Positions 49,438 to 60,460 of a DNA stretch of 64,000 nucleotides are shown one piece after another. Numbering within the stretch: position 1 is the first letter of the stretch; each line of letters starts with the position of its first letter. The position numbers were made by a program, and so were the translations under genes. Source of the stretch: an uncultured Pseudomonadota bacterium (GTDB taxonomy: Bacteria; Pseudomonadota; Alphaproteobacteria; Rs-D84); the NCBI GenBank assembly GCA_902762295.1, contig CACWNX010000001.1, forward strand, positions 596,094-660,093, written 5' to 3'. The notes beneath the pieces were generated by a model. It was given only the letters and a program-made list of their open reading frames with translations. It made no database searches and was not told the origin of the DNA.

Positions 49438-51234
49438 CTAAATACCAACCCCGAATCCAATGCGTTTGGAAAAACCGGCAGACTGTTGCAATGATAACAA
49501 ATCATCTATCTTTTGAATTGTGAATTCGGTTGGCGTATCGTTGCCATCGTTTTCCAATAATTGCCGTCGCAGAATTGCCGCAATTTCGCGTTGCAGTTGG
49601 CGAACCCCCGATTCCGCAGTATATTTTTGAATTATATGCCGAATTGCATCGTCAGAAATGGTTATGTTGTCTGGATTCCAACCTGTATCCGCCGCCGCAC
49701 GCGCAATCAAATGTTCGCGTGCAATTTGAACCTTATCATCTTCGCTGTAGCCGGGAATTTCAATAATTTCCATTCTATCCTTTAATGCGCCCGACATATT
49801 CAAACTGTTTGCGGTTGCGATGAACAATACATTTGATAAATCAAAGTCAACCTCAAGATAATGGTCACGAAACGCACGATTTTGTTCGGGGTCTAATACT
49901 TCTAGCAATGCCGATTCTGGGTCGCCACGCCAATCGCGTCCCATTTTATCTATTTCGTCCAACACGATAACTGGATTGTTTGATTTTGCGCGTTTTAACG
50001 CATCCATAATGCGTCCAGGTTGCGAACCAATATAGGTTTTACGATGCCCACGAAAGTGCGCCTCGTCCGAAACCCCGCCAAGTGATATACGATGATATTT
50101 TCGTCCCAATGCCGCGGCGATAGATTTACACAGTGATGTTTTTCCGACACCCGGTGCCCCAACAAAGCATAAAATGCTGCCTTTATTTGAACCGGTCTTT
50201 TTCATAACCGCAATGTGTTCTAAAATGCGTTCTTTGACGGCGCGCATGCCGGAATGTTCGCTGTCCAGTATTTTGCGTGCAACATTTAAATCAATTTCCG
50301 ATTTATCGGACTTTCCCCACGGCATCGCCAACAATTCATCAAGATATGTTTTAATAAGTCCACCTTCGTTTGACATTGGCGACATATTGCGCATGCGTTT
50401 CCATTCAGATACCGCCTTGTCCTTGACATCCGATGGCATTGCGGATTTTTCAATTTTCTTGCGCATATTTACTGTATCAGATTCTTCGTCATCTTCGCCC
50501 ATTTCTTTTTGAATTGCGCGCATTTTTTCTTGCAATATGGCATCACGACGACCTTGCTCCATCTGCATGCTGATACGGCGATTTATGCTGTCTTCTACCT
50601 TAGATGTTTCATATATTACACGAATTTTTTCAAACAGCATAACCATTTTATCATACCACGACGGGGTAATCAGAATCTGGATTGCGACATCTGTATCAAT
50701 CTCGGCGGTTTGCAACATAGAATCGATGAATGCCGGCATCGGATAGTTTTGAATCACACTGCGCAATTTATCCATTTTTAACTTTCGGAACAGTGACATT
50801 GCCTGGACCATTTCAAAAATTTTATCACGCATTAAAATTGTGCGTTCATCGGCAATATCATCACCCATTGGAACGATATCAACATCAGATGTGAAAATGC
50901 CATTATCAACCGAGATATTTTTCATTCGGACAACCATTGTTGTGCGAATCACCGTATGCAATGAACCATCTGGCATGCGCAGAACTTGGGCAATTTCGCC
51001 AATTGTACCGTATTCATACAAATCGCCCGGTGCAGACGGATATGCCGTTCCATGTTGCGGCGCCAATATAACATTCTGATGCGCGGCAACCGCCGATTCA
51101 ATACAGGCAATTGAAACCAGGTTATCAATATAGATTGGCACCGTCATTCCGGGATGCACAACCAAATCACGACAAGGTAAAATGAATTCTTTCATAGCAA
51201 TACTAAATATAGACACAATTTTATCGTTTTTCAA
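49438..51234 (-). CDS. Lon-like ATPase: Lon N-terminal (LON/PUA) plus AAA+ module, without an S16 peptidase domain
   Basis: N-domain, then Walker A GAPGVGKTS, Walker B VIVLDEIDKM, sensor and helical subdomain (VRQLQREIAAILRRQL). The ORF stops about 15 aa past the point where Lon's protease domain normally begins. Confidence 0.8.
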   Translation of the reverse strand: MKNDKIVSIFSIAMKEFILPCRDLVVHPGMTVPIYIDNLVSIACIESAVAAHQNVILAPQHGTAYPSAPGDLYEYGTIGEIAQVLRMPDGSLHTVIRTTMVVRMKNISVDNGIFTSDVDIVPMGDDIADERTILMRDKIFEMVQAMSLFRKLKMDKLRSVIQNYPMPAFIDSMLQTAEIDTDVAIQILITPSWYDKMVMLFEKIRVIYETSKVEDSINRRISMQMEQGRRDAILQEKMRAIQKEMGEDDEESDTVNMRKKIEKSAMPSDVKDKAVSEWKRMRNMSPMSNEGGLIKTYLDELLAMPWGKSDKSEIDLNVARKILDSEHSGMRAVKERILEHIAVMKKTGSNKGSILCFVGAPGVGKTSLCKSIAAALGRKYHRISLGGVSDEAHFRGHRKTYIGSQPGRIMDALKRAKSNNPVIVLDEIDKMGRDWRGDPESALLEVLDPEQNRAFRDHYLEVDFDLSNVLFIATANSLNMSGALKDRMEIIEIPGYSEDDKVQIAREHLIARAAADTGWNPDNITISDDAIRHIIQKYTAESGVRQLQREIAAILRRQLLENDGNDTPTEFTIQKIDDLLSLQQSAGFSKRIGFGVGI

Positions 51235-51242
51235 GGGTAATA

Positions 51243-51270
51243 AAAAATCCCCAGAATTTGGGGATTTTTA
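51243..51270. terminator. bidirectional intrinsic terminator
   Basis: aaaaaatccccagaatttggggattttt. Confidence 0.6.
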
Positions 51271-51288
51271 ATGTCTGGGTCAATGTTT

Positions 51289-51513
51289 TTAACGACGGCG
51301 ACCGTTAAAACCATGCTGTTGGCTGCTGCCTGAACGTTTTGACAGATAACGTGCGGCGATAATCACCAACCATTCCAGTGCCAATGCACCCATTGCAACC
51401 ATTTTCTGTTCTAATTCTAACCAACCAATAACATAAACCAACTGGGCAATGAAAGATATATACAAAATTCCAAAAACACCACTAAAAAACACTTTTTTTA
51501 TTTTTCCTAACAT
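51289..51513 (-). CDS. small hydrophobic protein (74 aa, two predicted TM helices)
   Basis: ORF with an AAAGG SD-like sequence upstream. Hydrophobic throughout. Low certainty that it is expressed. Confidence 0.35.
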   Translation of the reverse strand: MLGKIKKVFFSGVFGILYISFIAQLVYVIGWLELEQKMVAMGALALEWLVIIAARYLSKRSGSSQQHGFNGRRR

Positions 51514-51640
51514 TTTATTACCTTTTTGTTCCTGTTATGTTTCATATATTATATTCCGGGTTTCTGGTGCCAGGCACCCGGCGGCCCCGCAAAAAAGCTG
51601 AACAGATATAATCAACAATCGCCAATTATATCAAACCTAA

Positions 51641-53669
<2,029 letters not shown>

Positions 53670-53741
53670 TCTTTTTGATTTTTTCACAAAATTTTGCTAG
53701 ACTGCATGCGTTAACAATTCATAACCAAGGGAGAAAAGTTT

Positions 53742-54365
53742 ATGACATCATTAAAGGGCACACAAACCGAAAAAAATTTGTTAATCGCATTTGCCGGCGA
53801 ATCCCAGGCACGCAATCGTTATTCTTTCTTTGCATCACGCGCCAAGGATGAAGGATACCAGGCGATTGGAAAAATATTTCTTGAAACCGCAGAACAGGAA
53901 CGCGAACACGCATCGCGACTTTTTAAATTTCTAGAAGGTGGTGCCATTGAAATAACTGCGGCATTTCCGGCGGGAAAAATTGGTACAACATTGGAAAACT
54001 TGCAGGCGGCGGCATACGGCGAACACGAAGAAAATACCGAAATGTATCCACACTTTGCACAAATTGCCGCCCAGGAAGGTTTTGATTCTATTGCATCGGT
54101 GTTAAAGAATATTGGACTTGCCGAACGTTATCATGAATCGCGTTTCCGTGCCTTGATAGATGCGATTGAAAACGGTACATTGTTCAAGCAAGATAAAATT
54201 GTTATGTGGCGTTGCACGAATTGCGGAATGTGGCATATTGGAACCGAGGCACCATCGGTTTGTCCGGCATGCCTGCACCCCCAGGGGTATTTTATCAGCG
54301 AAGGTACAATTTCCCGTTGTGACACGAACGAAGGTTTCTGTGAATATGCAAAAATAGATGACTAG
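53742..54365 (+). CDS. rubrerythrin (ferritin-like diiron domain plus C-terminal rubredoxin-like CxxC...CxxC)
   Basis: ExxH diiron ligands (EQEREHASR, GEHEENTEMY). C-terminal WRCTNCGMW...CPAC. Confidence 0.85.
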   Translation: MTSLKGTQTEKNLLIAFAGESQARNRYSFFASRAKDEGYQAIGKIFLETAEQEREHASRLFKFLEGGAIEITAAFPAGKIGTTLENLQAAAYGEHEENTEMYPHFAQIAAQEGFDSIASVLKNIGLAERYHESRFRALIDAIENGTLFKQDKIVMWRCTNCGMWHIGTEAPSVCPACLHPQGYFISEGTISRCDTNEGFCEYAKIDD

Positions 54366-54387
54366 TGTTCAATTATGTATAAACAAA

Positions 54388-54414
54388 AACGGTGCGCATC
54401 GCACCGTTTTTTAT
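54388..54414. terminator. bidirectional intrinsic terminator
   Basis: aaaaacggtgcgcatcgcaccgtttttt. Confidence 0.65.
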
Positions 54415-54995
54415 CGTGATTTTATCCGATTTGCATAAATTGTTGCACGTCGCCGCAGTTTATTTGGCATAGTTTCAATATTAAAAACATCTAAAATTTT
54501 TTGTGCATCCACCGGATGCGATTTCAGATGTCCAAACAAAATATTTTCTGCAATTTTTTTATCTGTAATTGAATTTGGATTTTGCATGAATTTATCAAAG
54601 ATGCCCGGATTGTGTTTTGCGATATTTTGCAGCACCAGTAAGTTAAATTTATCATCACTGTTAATTTTTAAGACACCATCTCGGATATAGATTTTAACAA
54701 TATCATTAATATTATTTGCGCGTTCTTTCATTTGGTCTTTTTTGTGTTCAACCGCATATTTACCCCAGCATGCACAGGTTGCGAACACAAGAATACTTGC
54801 AGAAAGCAGAAATTCCCCACATTTTCCCATTTTATAATTTTCGTTTGTTAACATCAGCCCCGTTAATCCTGCGCCAATAATTGCCGGTATTATCGGGCGC
54901 AACACGCCTGCGCGAATCATCAAGAATGGCGGTAATCTGTATTTGTTTGTTTCGGTATATCCTGGAAAAATTGCTTTTGATTTATTGCTTTGCAT
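54411..54995 (-). CDS. hypothetical membrane protein (194 aa)
   Basis: Two TM helices near the N-terminus, soluble C-terminal half. Forms an apparent two-gene unit with the lipoprotein at 54998-55465. Confidence 0.45.
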   Translation of the reverse strand: MQSNKSKAIFPGYTETNKYRLPPFLMIRAGVLRPIIPAIIGAGLTGLMLTNENYKMGKCGEFLLSASILVFATCACWGKYAVEHKKDQMKERANNINDIVKIYIRDGVLKINSDDKFNLLVLQNIAKHNPGIFDKFMQNPNSITDKKIAENILFGHLKSHPVDAQKILDVFNIETMPNKLRRRATIYANRIKSR

Positions 54996-54997
54996 TG

Positions 54998-55465
54998 TTA
55001 ATCCTTTTTTTCTAATTCATCCAGGATTTCATTTAATTTTCTGATAGAACTGTTCTGGCAACCGCGCCCGCGCCAAGACAGGATTTCTTTGCCGGTTTTT
55101 TGGTCTGCAACCGATACATTAAATCGCCACCACCACAGCCCATTGAATATGCACCATGGCATAAACAGTTCGCGACTTTCAGCAACTTTTACAACATATT
55201 CTGCCTTGATATACTTTTCTGATTTTGAATCGTCATAGAAAGTATCAACATCAACAACATCGGTCATTTTATTTGCACGTCCGACAATAACATTATAACC
55301 GCGTTTGTCCATGGTTTCTTTGATACTGCGCTTCATTGTAAATCCGCCCCGGTCGGCATATATTGTTTTTGTTGTGTCCAGTGTTCCCGGTTTCATATAA
55401 ACACTGTTGCATGCGGTCAAAGATAAAACAGCAACAAGAATCAGGATTTTTTTCATAAATACCAC
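54998..55465 (-). CDS. hypothetical lipoprotein (155 aa)
   Basis: MKKILILVAVLSLTACNSV: signal peptide plus lipobox. Confidence 0.5.
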   Translation of the reverse strand: MVFMKKILILVAVLSLTACNSVYMKPGTLDTTKTIYADRGGFTMKRSIKETMDKRGYNVIVGRANKMTDVVDVDTFYDDSKSEKYIKAEYVVKVAESRELFMPWCIFNGLWWWRFNVSVADQKTGKEILSWRGRGCQNSSIRKLNEILDELEKKD

Positions 55466-55474
55466 CTATAAAAA

Positions 55475-55663
55475 TGGCGCACCCGGCGCGATTCCCTCGG
55501 GCAAATGTCCTGCGGGGCATTCGTTAGCGCTTGAACTTCGTTTTACTCGTTCTCGCTTACTCATTGTCGAACGCGACGCGTTCAAATCGCGGGGCGCACA
55601 GCAATAAATTCAAATCATCATTGCGGGATAATTTAAATTTATTGGCGCACCCGGCGCGATTCG
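55475..55663. repeat. 20-bp duplication of the tRNA-Arg(CCG) 3' terminus (55475-55494 and 55644-55663) bracketing a ~149-bp insert
   Basis: tggcgcacccggcgcgattc occurs twice. The insert contains a T-arm-like gcgttcaaatcgcggggcgca and a tcgttctcg...gtcgaac segment resembling the Arg(ACG) and Lys inserts. Confidence 0.8.
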
Positions 55664-55719
55664 AACGCGCAATCCCCGCCTTCGGAGGGCGGTGCTCTAT
55701 CCAGTTAAGCCACGGGTGC
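55644..55719 (-). tRNA. tRNA-Arg (anticodon CCG)
   Basis: Acceptor GCACCCG/CGGGTGC, anticodon loop CTCCGAA, T-loop TTCGAAT, encoded CCA. Confidence 0.9.
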
Positions 55720-55960
55720 GTGACCGCATAAATTATATTCGTTCACCGTTAAAAATCAAGCATAAAAGCATCGGTAAATCGGCATCGTTTTGTATCGGCA
55801 TACCGGCGAAAATTTGTATGTGCGAACAACTGAACACGCAGTTCAAGCAACTACAAATTTACACGCAGGGCTTTGCCCTAGTGAAACCCGGTATAGTGTC
55901 ACTCTTGGCGGGCGCAAGCGCGCGCGCTTTACAATGTTTTGTTGTGTATGAAATTTTTGC

Positions 55961-55995
55961 TTGTACATAAATTGCATTTCTGATAAAATACAGGT
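55961..55995 (+). promoter_or_regulatory. σ70-like promoter (TTGTAC-17-TAAAAT) upstream of a ~220-nt leader
   Basis: ttgtacataaattgcatttctgataaaat: -35 and -10 hexamers with 17-bp spacing, read by eye. Confidence 0.4.
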
Positions 55996-56185
55996 GAACT
56001 GGGTGGGAACCTGGTTCGGGGCAGTAGCATGCCTTCTCAGAATCGGTGCAATGCATCGTAATCCGTTGTGATTTCCATGTTTTTGCACCGTATTTAGAAT
56101 CCCCGTATGTCGGGGTGCCTGTGGTTATATAATAGGCTTGTCCGAAAACTACAGGGTCATGATTCTGAGTGATATGCTAACGCCC

Positions 56186-56217
56186 CGACCGTCTTGGATT
56201 CCCATGACGGTTTTTTT
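56186..56217 (+). terminator. intrinsic-terminator-like hairpin plus T7 run, 30 nt before the start codon of family member B (possible attenuator or 3' end of an sRNA)
   Basis: gaccgtcttggattcccatgacggttttttt: 6-bp stem ACCGTC/GACGGT, 12-nt loop, seven T. Confidence 0.4.
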
Positions 56218-56247
56218 ACAACAAACAAAAAACAATGGGGGGAATCC

Positions 56248-57174
56248 ATGAAATCAAACCCAACATTTATCTTTGCCGGAATAATGTCGGCAATAGTCGG
56301 CAATGCGTACGCAACCGGCGAAAACACTGTGACAAGTAAAAGTTACGTTGATGCCCAAGATGCATTGAAACAGAATTTAATTCCGGCGAAAAGCACCGCA
56401 ACTTCATATTCCAATGCGAGCCTTGTAGAAGCGAGCGGGACACCCGGTATGATAGGTGAACGTAAAATTTTCGATCACATGGTGGATTTGGATACGGAAA
56501 CACTTGGGCAGACATCAGATTTTTACACAGGTGCGGGTTGGGACGACGATGCTGATTGGACAGAGTTACAATCATATATTCCAACCACTGGCGCGGTTGT
56601 TGATGCAATTGATGGTGCCATATATAGTTTGCAAAACAAAATTGCCAAATCTGGATACGGAGTGATGGGTGGTTTTAACAGGTATACAGAACAGGACCCT
56701 TCTAACACCAGTCTAAGTTGGTTAAGTTCGGGTGTCAAAGGAACAGGTTTGGTTACCAAAACAAATGAAGATGGTCGTGTTGGTGAACGTAAGATATTTG
56801 AAGAAACCGATGTTTCGGGCTATCACGCGGACGGATTGACCCAAAATCAAAAAGATATTCAAGATATTTCTATTCCGACCGTTGGGGCGATGATGACGGC
56901 GATTTCAAATGGTGTTAATGCCGCGACACCAACCGGAACACCAAACACAATTGCAAACTATGGTGCCAATGGCGAACTGGATTCTGGTATTGCAACATAT
57001 ACCGGTGCGGCGGCATACAATGCAACAAATGATTCAGCAAAGATTCCAACTATGGCGGGTGTCACAACTTATGCCCAGGCGAAAAAGACCTGTGCCGGGT
57101 GGCCTGATGGCACAACAACATACGATGCCACACATACCGATGCGAATTGTTGGCTGTGGACTTTCCCAGACTAA
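56248..57174 (+). CDS. secreted protein, family member B (same N- and C-terminal modules as 32298-32684; middle region with IPTxGA repeats)
   Basis: GGGGGGAA SD before ATG 56248. Signal peptide; ATGENTVTSKSYVDAQ. Three IPT(T/V/M)GA-type repeats. C-terminal CAGWPDGTTTYDATHTDANCWLW. Confidence 0.65.
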   Translation: MKSNPTFIFAGIMSAIVGNAYATGENTVTSKSYVDAQDALKQNLIPAKSTATSYSNASLVEASGTPGMIGERKIFDHMVDLDTETLGQTSDFYTGAGWDDDADWTELQSYIPTTGAVVDAIDGAIYSLQNKIAKSGYGVMGGFNRYTEQDPSNTSLSWLSSGVKGTGLVTKTNEDGRVGERKIFEETDVSGYHADGLTQNQKDIQDISIPTVGAMMTAISNGVNAATPTGTPNTIANYGANGELDSGIATYTGAAAYNATNDSAKIPTMAGVTTYAQAKKTCAGWPDGTTTYDATHTDANCWLWTFPD

Positions 57175-57206
57175 GTGTTTAGTTATCAAACAATCGTCAC
57201 TCCGTT

Positions 57207-57232
57207 GAAAAACGGGGCATTTGCCCCGTTTT
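57207..57232. terminator. bidirectional intrinsic terminator
   Basis: aaaacggggcatttgccccgtttt. Confidence 0.65.
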
Positions 57233-57253
57233 ACTAACCAGTAACACTAACCA

Positions 57254-57973
57254 CTATCGTGCTTTTTCATTTGAATTCACACGTGCCATTGTCTGGGTCA
57301 GGGTGAATATTTTTTCGGCGCGTTCCGCATCCATCTTTTGACCACTGATTTTTGCCCAATATTTTAACAAATACGCAAAGTCTTCATACGGATATTTTAT
57401 CCATGTCCGCGCCAGGAACATATTTGATGTACTTAATGTAATCGCGTTTGTGTCCAGTAATCCCGCCACATGCCCATCATCGGAAACCAATATGTTGCCG
57501 GCGTGCAAATCGTTGTGGAAAAATCCCATTTTTGTATCAAATACTTTATAGAACAAAAATTCTTTGTCTGATGCGAACATAGTTTTACCCCAGCGCTTTG
57601 GGTTGACCGGAATTTGCGACATTTTATATACTGTATTAAACGCTTCGCCGTAAATTTTGCTGATTTCATTTGCGGGCATACCATTGTTGATTAAATCGTA
57701 AAGGGTCTTGCCGGGTTGATATTCATATACGGTAAAGCACAAATCTTCGTGCTTTTTAATTTTGGTCTTTGGTACATTTATGCCGTTCGCATTTAAAATC
57801 TTGCTGACAAAAACATCATGGCGACATGCATTCAAATCATCAAATTTACAGACCAATTTCTTGCGCGATGTTGTCGCCAGTAAAATATTGTCGGTCAATT
57901 TGCCATGATGCAATGGTTCGATATTTTGAACATTTTTAATGTTATATGTTATTGCGTTTGTATATTTTTCCAT
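57254..57973 (-). CDS. small-molecule kinase of the aminoglycoside/choline-kinase (APH/ChoK) fold
   Basis: Brenner motif FHNDLHAGNILV and downstream GLLD (compare HGDLHPGN...GLID). 239 aa. Substrate unknown. Confidence 0.65.
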   Translation of the reverse strand: MEKYTNAITYNIKNVQNIEPLHHGKLTDNILLATTSRKKLVCKFDDLNACRHDVFVSKILNANGINVPKTKIKKHEDLCFTVYEYQPGKTLYDLINNGMPANEISKIYGEAFNTVYKMSQIPVNPKRWGKTMFASDKEFLFYKVFDTKMGFFHNDLHAGNILVSDDGHVAGLLDTNAITLSTSNMFLARTWIKYPYEDFAYLLKYWAKISGQKMDAERAEKIFTLTQTMARVNSNEKAR

Positions 57974-57976
57974 TTT

Positions 57977-59048
57977 TTAACCCCTTTGTAATAAACTTAT
58001 CATGAACCCATCTAAATCGCCGTCCAGAACGGCATCTGAATCTGTGTTTTCAAATCCGGTGCGTACATCTTTGACCAAGCGGTACGGGTACAGGACATAG
58101 TTTCGTATTTGGCTGCCCCATTCAATTTTCTTTTGTGCGGCCTTGGCGGCATCTTCGGCGGCGGCGCGTTTCTGCATTTCTAATTCATACAGCCGCGACC
58201 GCAACATCTTCATCGCCATATCTTTGTTTTGAAATTGACTGCGTTCGTTTTGACATGTGACAACAATACCGGTTGGAATATGGGTGATGCGGACGGCGCT
58301 GTCGGTTTTATTAACATGTTGACCACCGGCACCCGATGAACGATAGGTATCAATTCGTAAATCTTTTTCATTTATATCAATTTGAATAGAATCATCAACA
58401 TCTGGCCATACATCAACCGATGCAAAACTGGTCTGGCGTTTACCATTGGCATTAAATGGTGAAATGCGAACAAGGCGATGAACACCAATTTCGTTTCGTA
58501 ACCATCCATACGCACGTTCGCCAATAATTCGCATAGTAATACTTTTAATTCCGGCGGTATCGCCAATGTGTTCTTCAATAATTTCTACGGTAAAGTTATG
58601 TCGTTCCGCCCATCGCGCATACATCCGCGCCAGCATTTGCGCCCAGTCCTGGGCCTCGGTCCCGCCGGCACCCGCCTGGATAAATAAAAACGCATTGTTT
58701 TCATCCGCCGGATTATTGAACAGTGTAATATATTTCGCATTTTGAACACGCGCCGCCAATTTTTCAATTGCAGAAACTATATCTTTATCATCTGGCGCCA
58801 ACGAATAAAGTTCGTTCAGGTTGTTATATTCGTCATTCATTGAATTAAATTCTTTTAACTCACGCTCCATAGCGGATTTTCGTTGCATAACTGCGCGCGC
58901 ATTATCGGGATTATCCCATAAATCAGGTGCCAATGACTGCTGTGTGATTTCGGCAATTCGTTCCTGTAATTTATCGGGGTCAAAGAAACCCCCGAATTGC
59001 AATCAGGTTATCAGATATTTCGTTCAAAACTTCATTGACTAATATCAT
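57977..59048 (-). CDS. prfB: peptide chain release factor 2, with programmed +1 ribosomal frameshift
   Basis: Frame 1 reads MILVNEVLNEISDNLIAIRGFL, then TGA at 58982-58980, within CGG GGG TTT CTT TGA C (internal SD plus the CTT TGA C shift site). The +1 frame continues DPDKLQERIAEITQQ... through the GGQ-containing RF2 body (SGAGGQHVNKTDSAVRITH). Confidence 0.9.
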
Positions 59049-59148
59049 ATTTTGTATAATATCATAATTTTTTTCAAAATCAACAATAAAACAAATGTTG
59101 CCTTTCGGTTTTATCTGTGATAAAATAATGCCTAAGAGAGAGGTTTCA

Positions 59149-60384
59149 ATGAAACATATTTTCAATACTGTTGGTGCGGTGTGTTTGTGTATGACAACCG
59201 GTGCGGCGTGTGCCGTGTCGGCGGGAACGGTTGCAAATAATACGGCGCGTGGCATAAACCCAAATACCCAAATTAGCAATGCAAATCTGCGTGGGAACCA
59301 GGCACTGGCCAATGCATATGTGACAAACCAACGCAATACCTACTATATGGTGAATGTTCCAGATGTGGACAGTGCATGTCGCACAAAAATTATGAAATGT
59401 TTTACCGATTATTGTGGTGATATAACGGTTGTCCCGGGTCAGGTATCTGGTCGTTGTGCCTATGCAACCGAAAGCGAATTGTATAACTATGCGATGTTGT
59501 GCCTGCGTAATGACACATCGGTATTGTTGCCCCAGTATAATACAAATACAAAAATGGGTGTTGGGGGGCTGAATACTGCGGCGCATTTGTGCCCATCGTA
59601 TGTCCAGCAAGAACTTATGGCATATTTATCTATGGCGAATATGGCGAATGAATTGACCAAGGCACATTCGCCCCAGTGTCTGGAACGTCGCCAGGAATTA
59701 GAGGCTGCGTTGTCGTGTCATTCGGTTGCGTTGGCATATGGCAATGAAACATCCAGTATGCTGATGTCCCAGTTGACCGATTATTGTGGCGCAGGCGTGC
59801 CGGGCGGTTCGGCGGAAATGGTGTCGCGATTTGCAAATGCCGGTAATGTTGGTGCAAATATATGGGGCTGGGCGGAAAAAATCGTCAGTTTGGATTTGAA
59901 TAAAAAGGCATCAGATTGGGAAACGGCGGTTGATGCGGTATTGGCATCGTATACCAATCGTATGAATTTGGCATGTGGCGACGATATGAAATTAAATACT
60001 GTGCCACATACATCATCAACGGGAACGCCCGCCCTGCAAACCGCGGCGGCAATCGCAACCGGAATCGCGTTCCCCGATGCACAAAAAAAAACTAGCGATA
60101 CCCCAAATGTCAGTCTTTATATGGATGTGACATCTCATTACGAGATATACGATTATGCAACCGCAAACCAGGTTGTCCAGGCAGGATTGTCTAATTCGCC
60201 ATTGACCCAAAATGCATTTTTAACATCGTCACAAATGGATGATATGCAGACCGCATACAAGCGCGGAACAAAATTATTTGTTATCCGTGATACTGCGCGT
60301 TGTTTTTTGGTGCCGGTTGCCGATATGACGACATCTGAAAAATCTATGTTGGCGCAACAGTTTAGTACATGTATCTATAAATAA
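59149..60384 (+). CDS. secreted Cys-rich hypothetical protein (~412 aa)
   Basis: GAGAGAGG SD before ATG 59149. Signal peptide MKHIFNTVGAVCLCMTTGAACA. Multiple Cys pairs (CRTKIMKCFTDYCGD, CAYATESELYNYAMLC). No enzymatic motif. Confidence 0.55.
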   Translation: MKHIFNTVGAVCLCMTTGAACAVSAGTVANNTARGINPNTQISNANLRGNQALANAYVTNQRNTYYMVNVPDVDSACRTKIMKCFTDYCGDITVVPGQVSGRCAYATESELYNYAMLCLRNDTSVLLPQYNTNTKMGVGGLNTAAHLCPSYVQQELMAYLSMANMANELTKAHSPQCLERRQELEAALSCHSVALAYGNETSSMLMSQLTDYCGAGVPGGSAEMVSRFANAGNVGANIWGWAEKIVSLDLNKKASDWETAVDAVLASYTNRMNLACGDDMKLNTVPHTSSTGTPALQTAAAIATGIAFPDAQKKTSDTPNVSLYMDVTSHYEIYDYATANQVVQAGLSNSPLTQNAFLTSSQMDDMQTAYKRGTKLFVIRDTARCFLVPVADMTTSEKSMLAQQFSTCIYK

Positions 60385-60460
60385 TAAAACAGTTTTATAA
60401 TACCGCGCGCCCGTTTTTTCTTTTGAAAACGGGTGTGTTTTTTGATATAATACCTGTGCT

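Noticed and set aside
49428-49438. Possibility that the Lon-like gene is a frameshifted pseudogene with protease-domain remnants downstream
   Set aside because: Only 10 bp separate its stop from the tsaB start. No Lon_C-like sequence (Ser-Lys dyad motifs) is visible in any frame of the adjacent DNA, so the protease domain is absent rather than frameshifted.
55996-56217. TPP or cobalamin riboswitch in the leader of family member B
   Set aside because: Isolated CTGAG and GGTG..AA fragments are present, but neither the TPP (CUGAGA...AACCUGAUCUGGAUAAUGCC) nor the B12-box (GCCACUG) consensus is present in the right order. Kept only as an unclassified structured leader.
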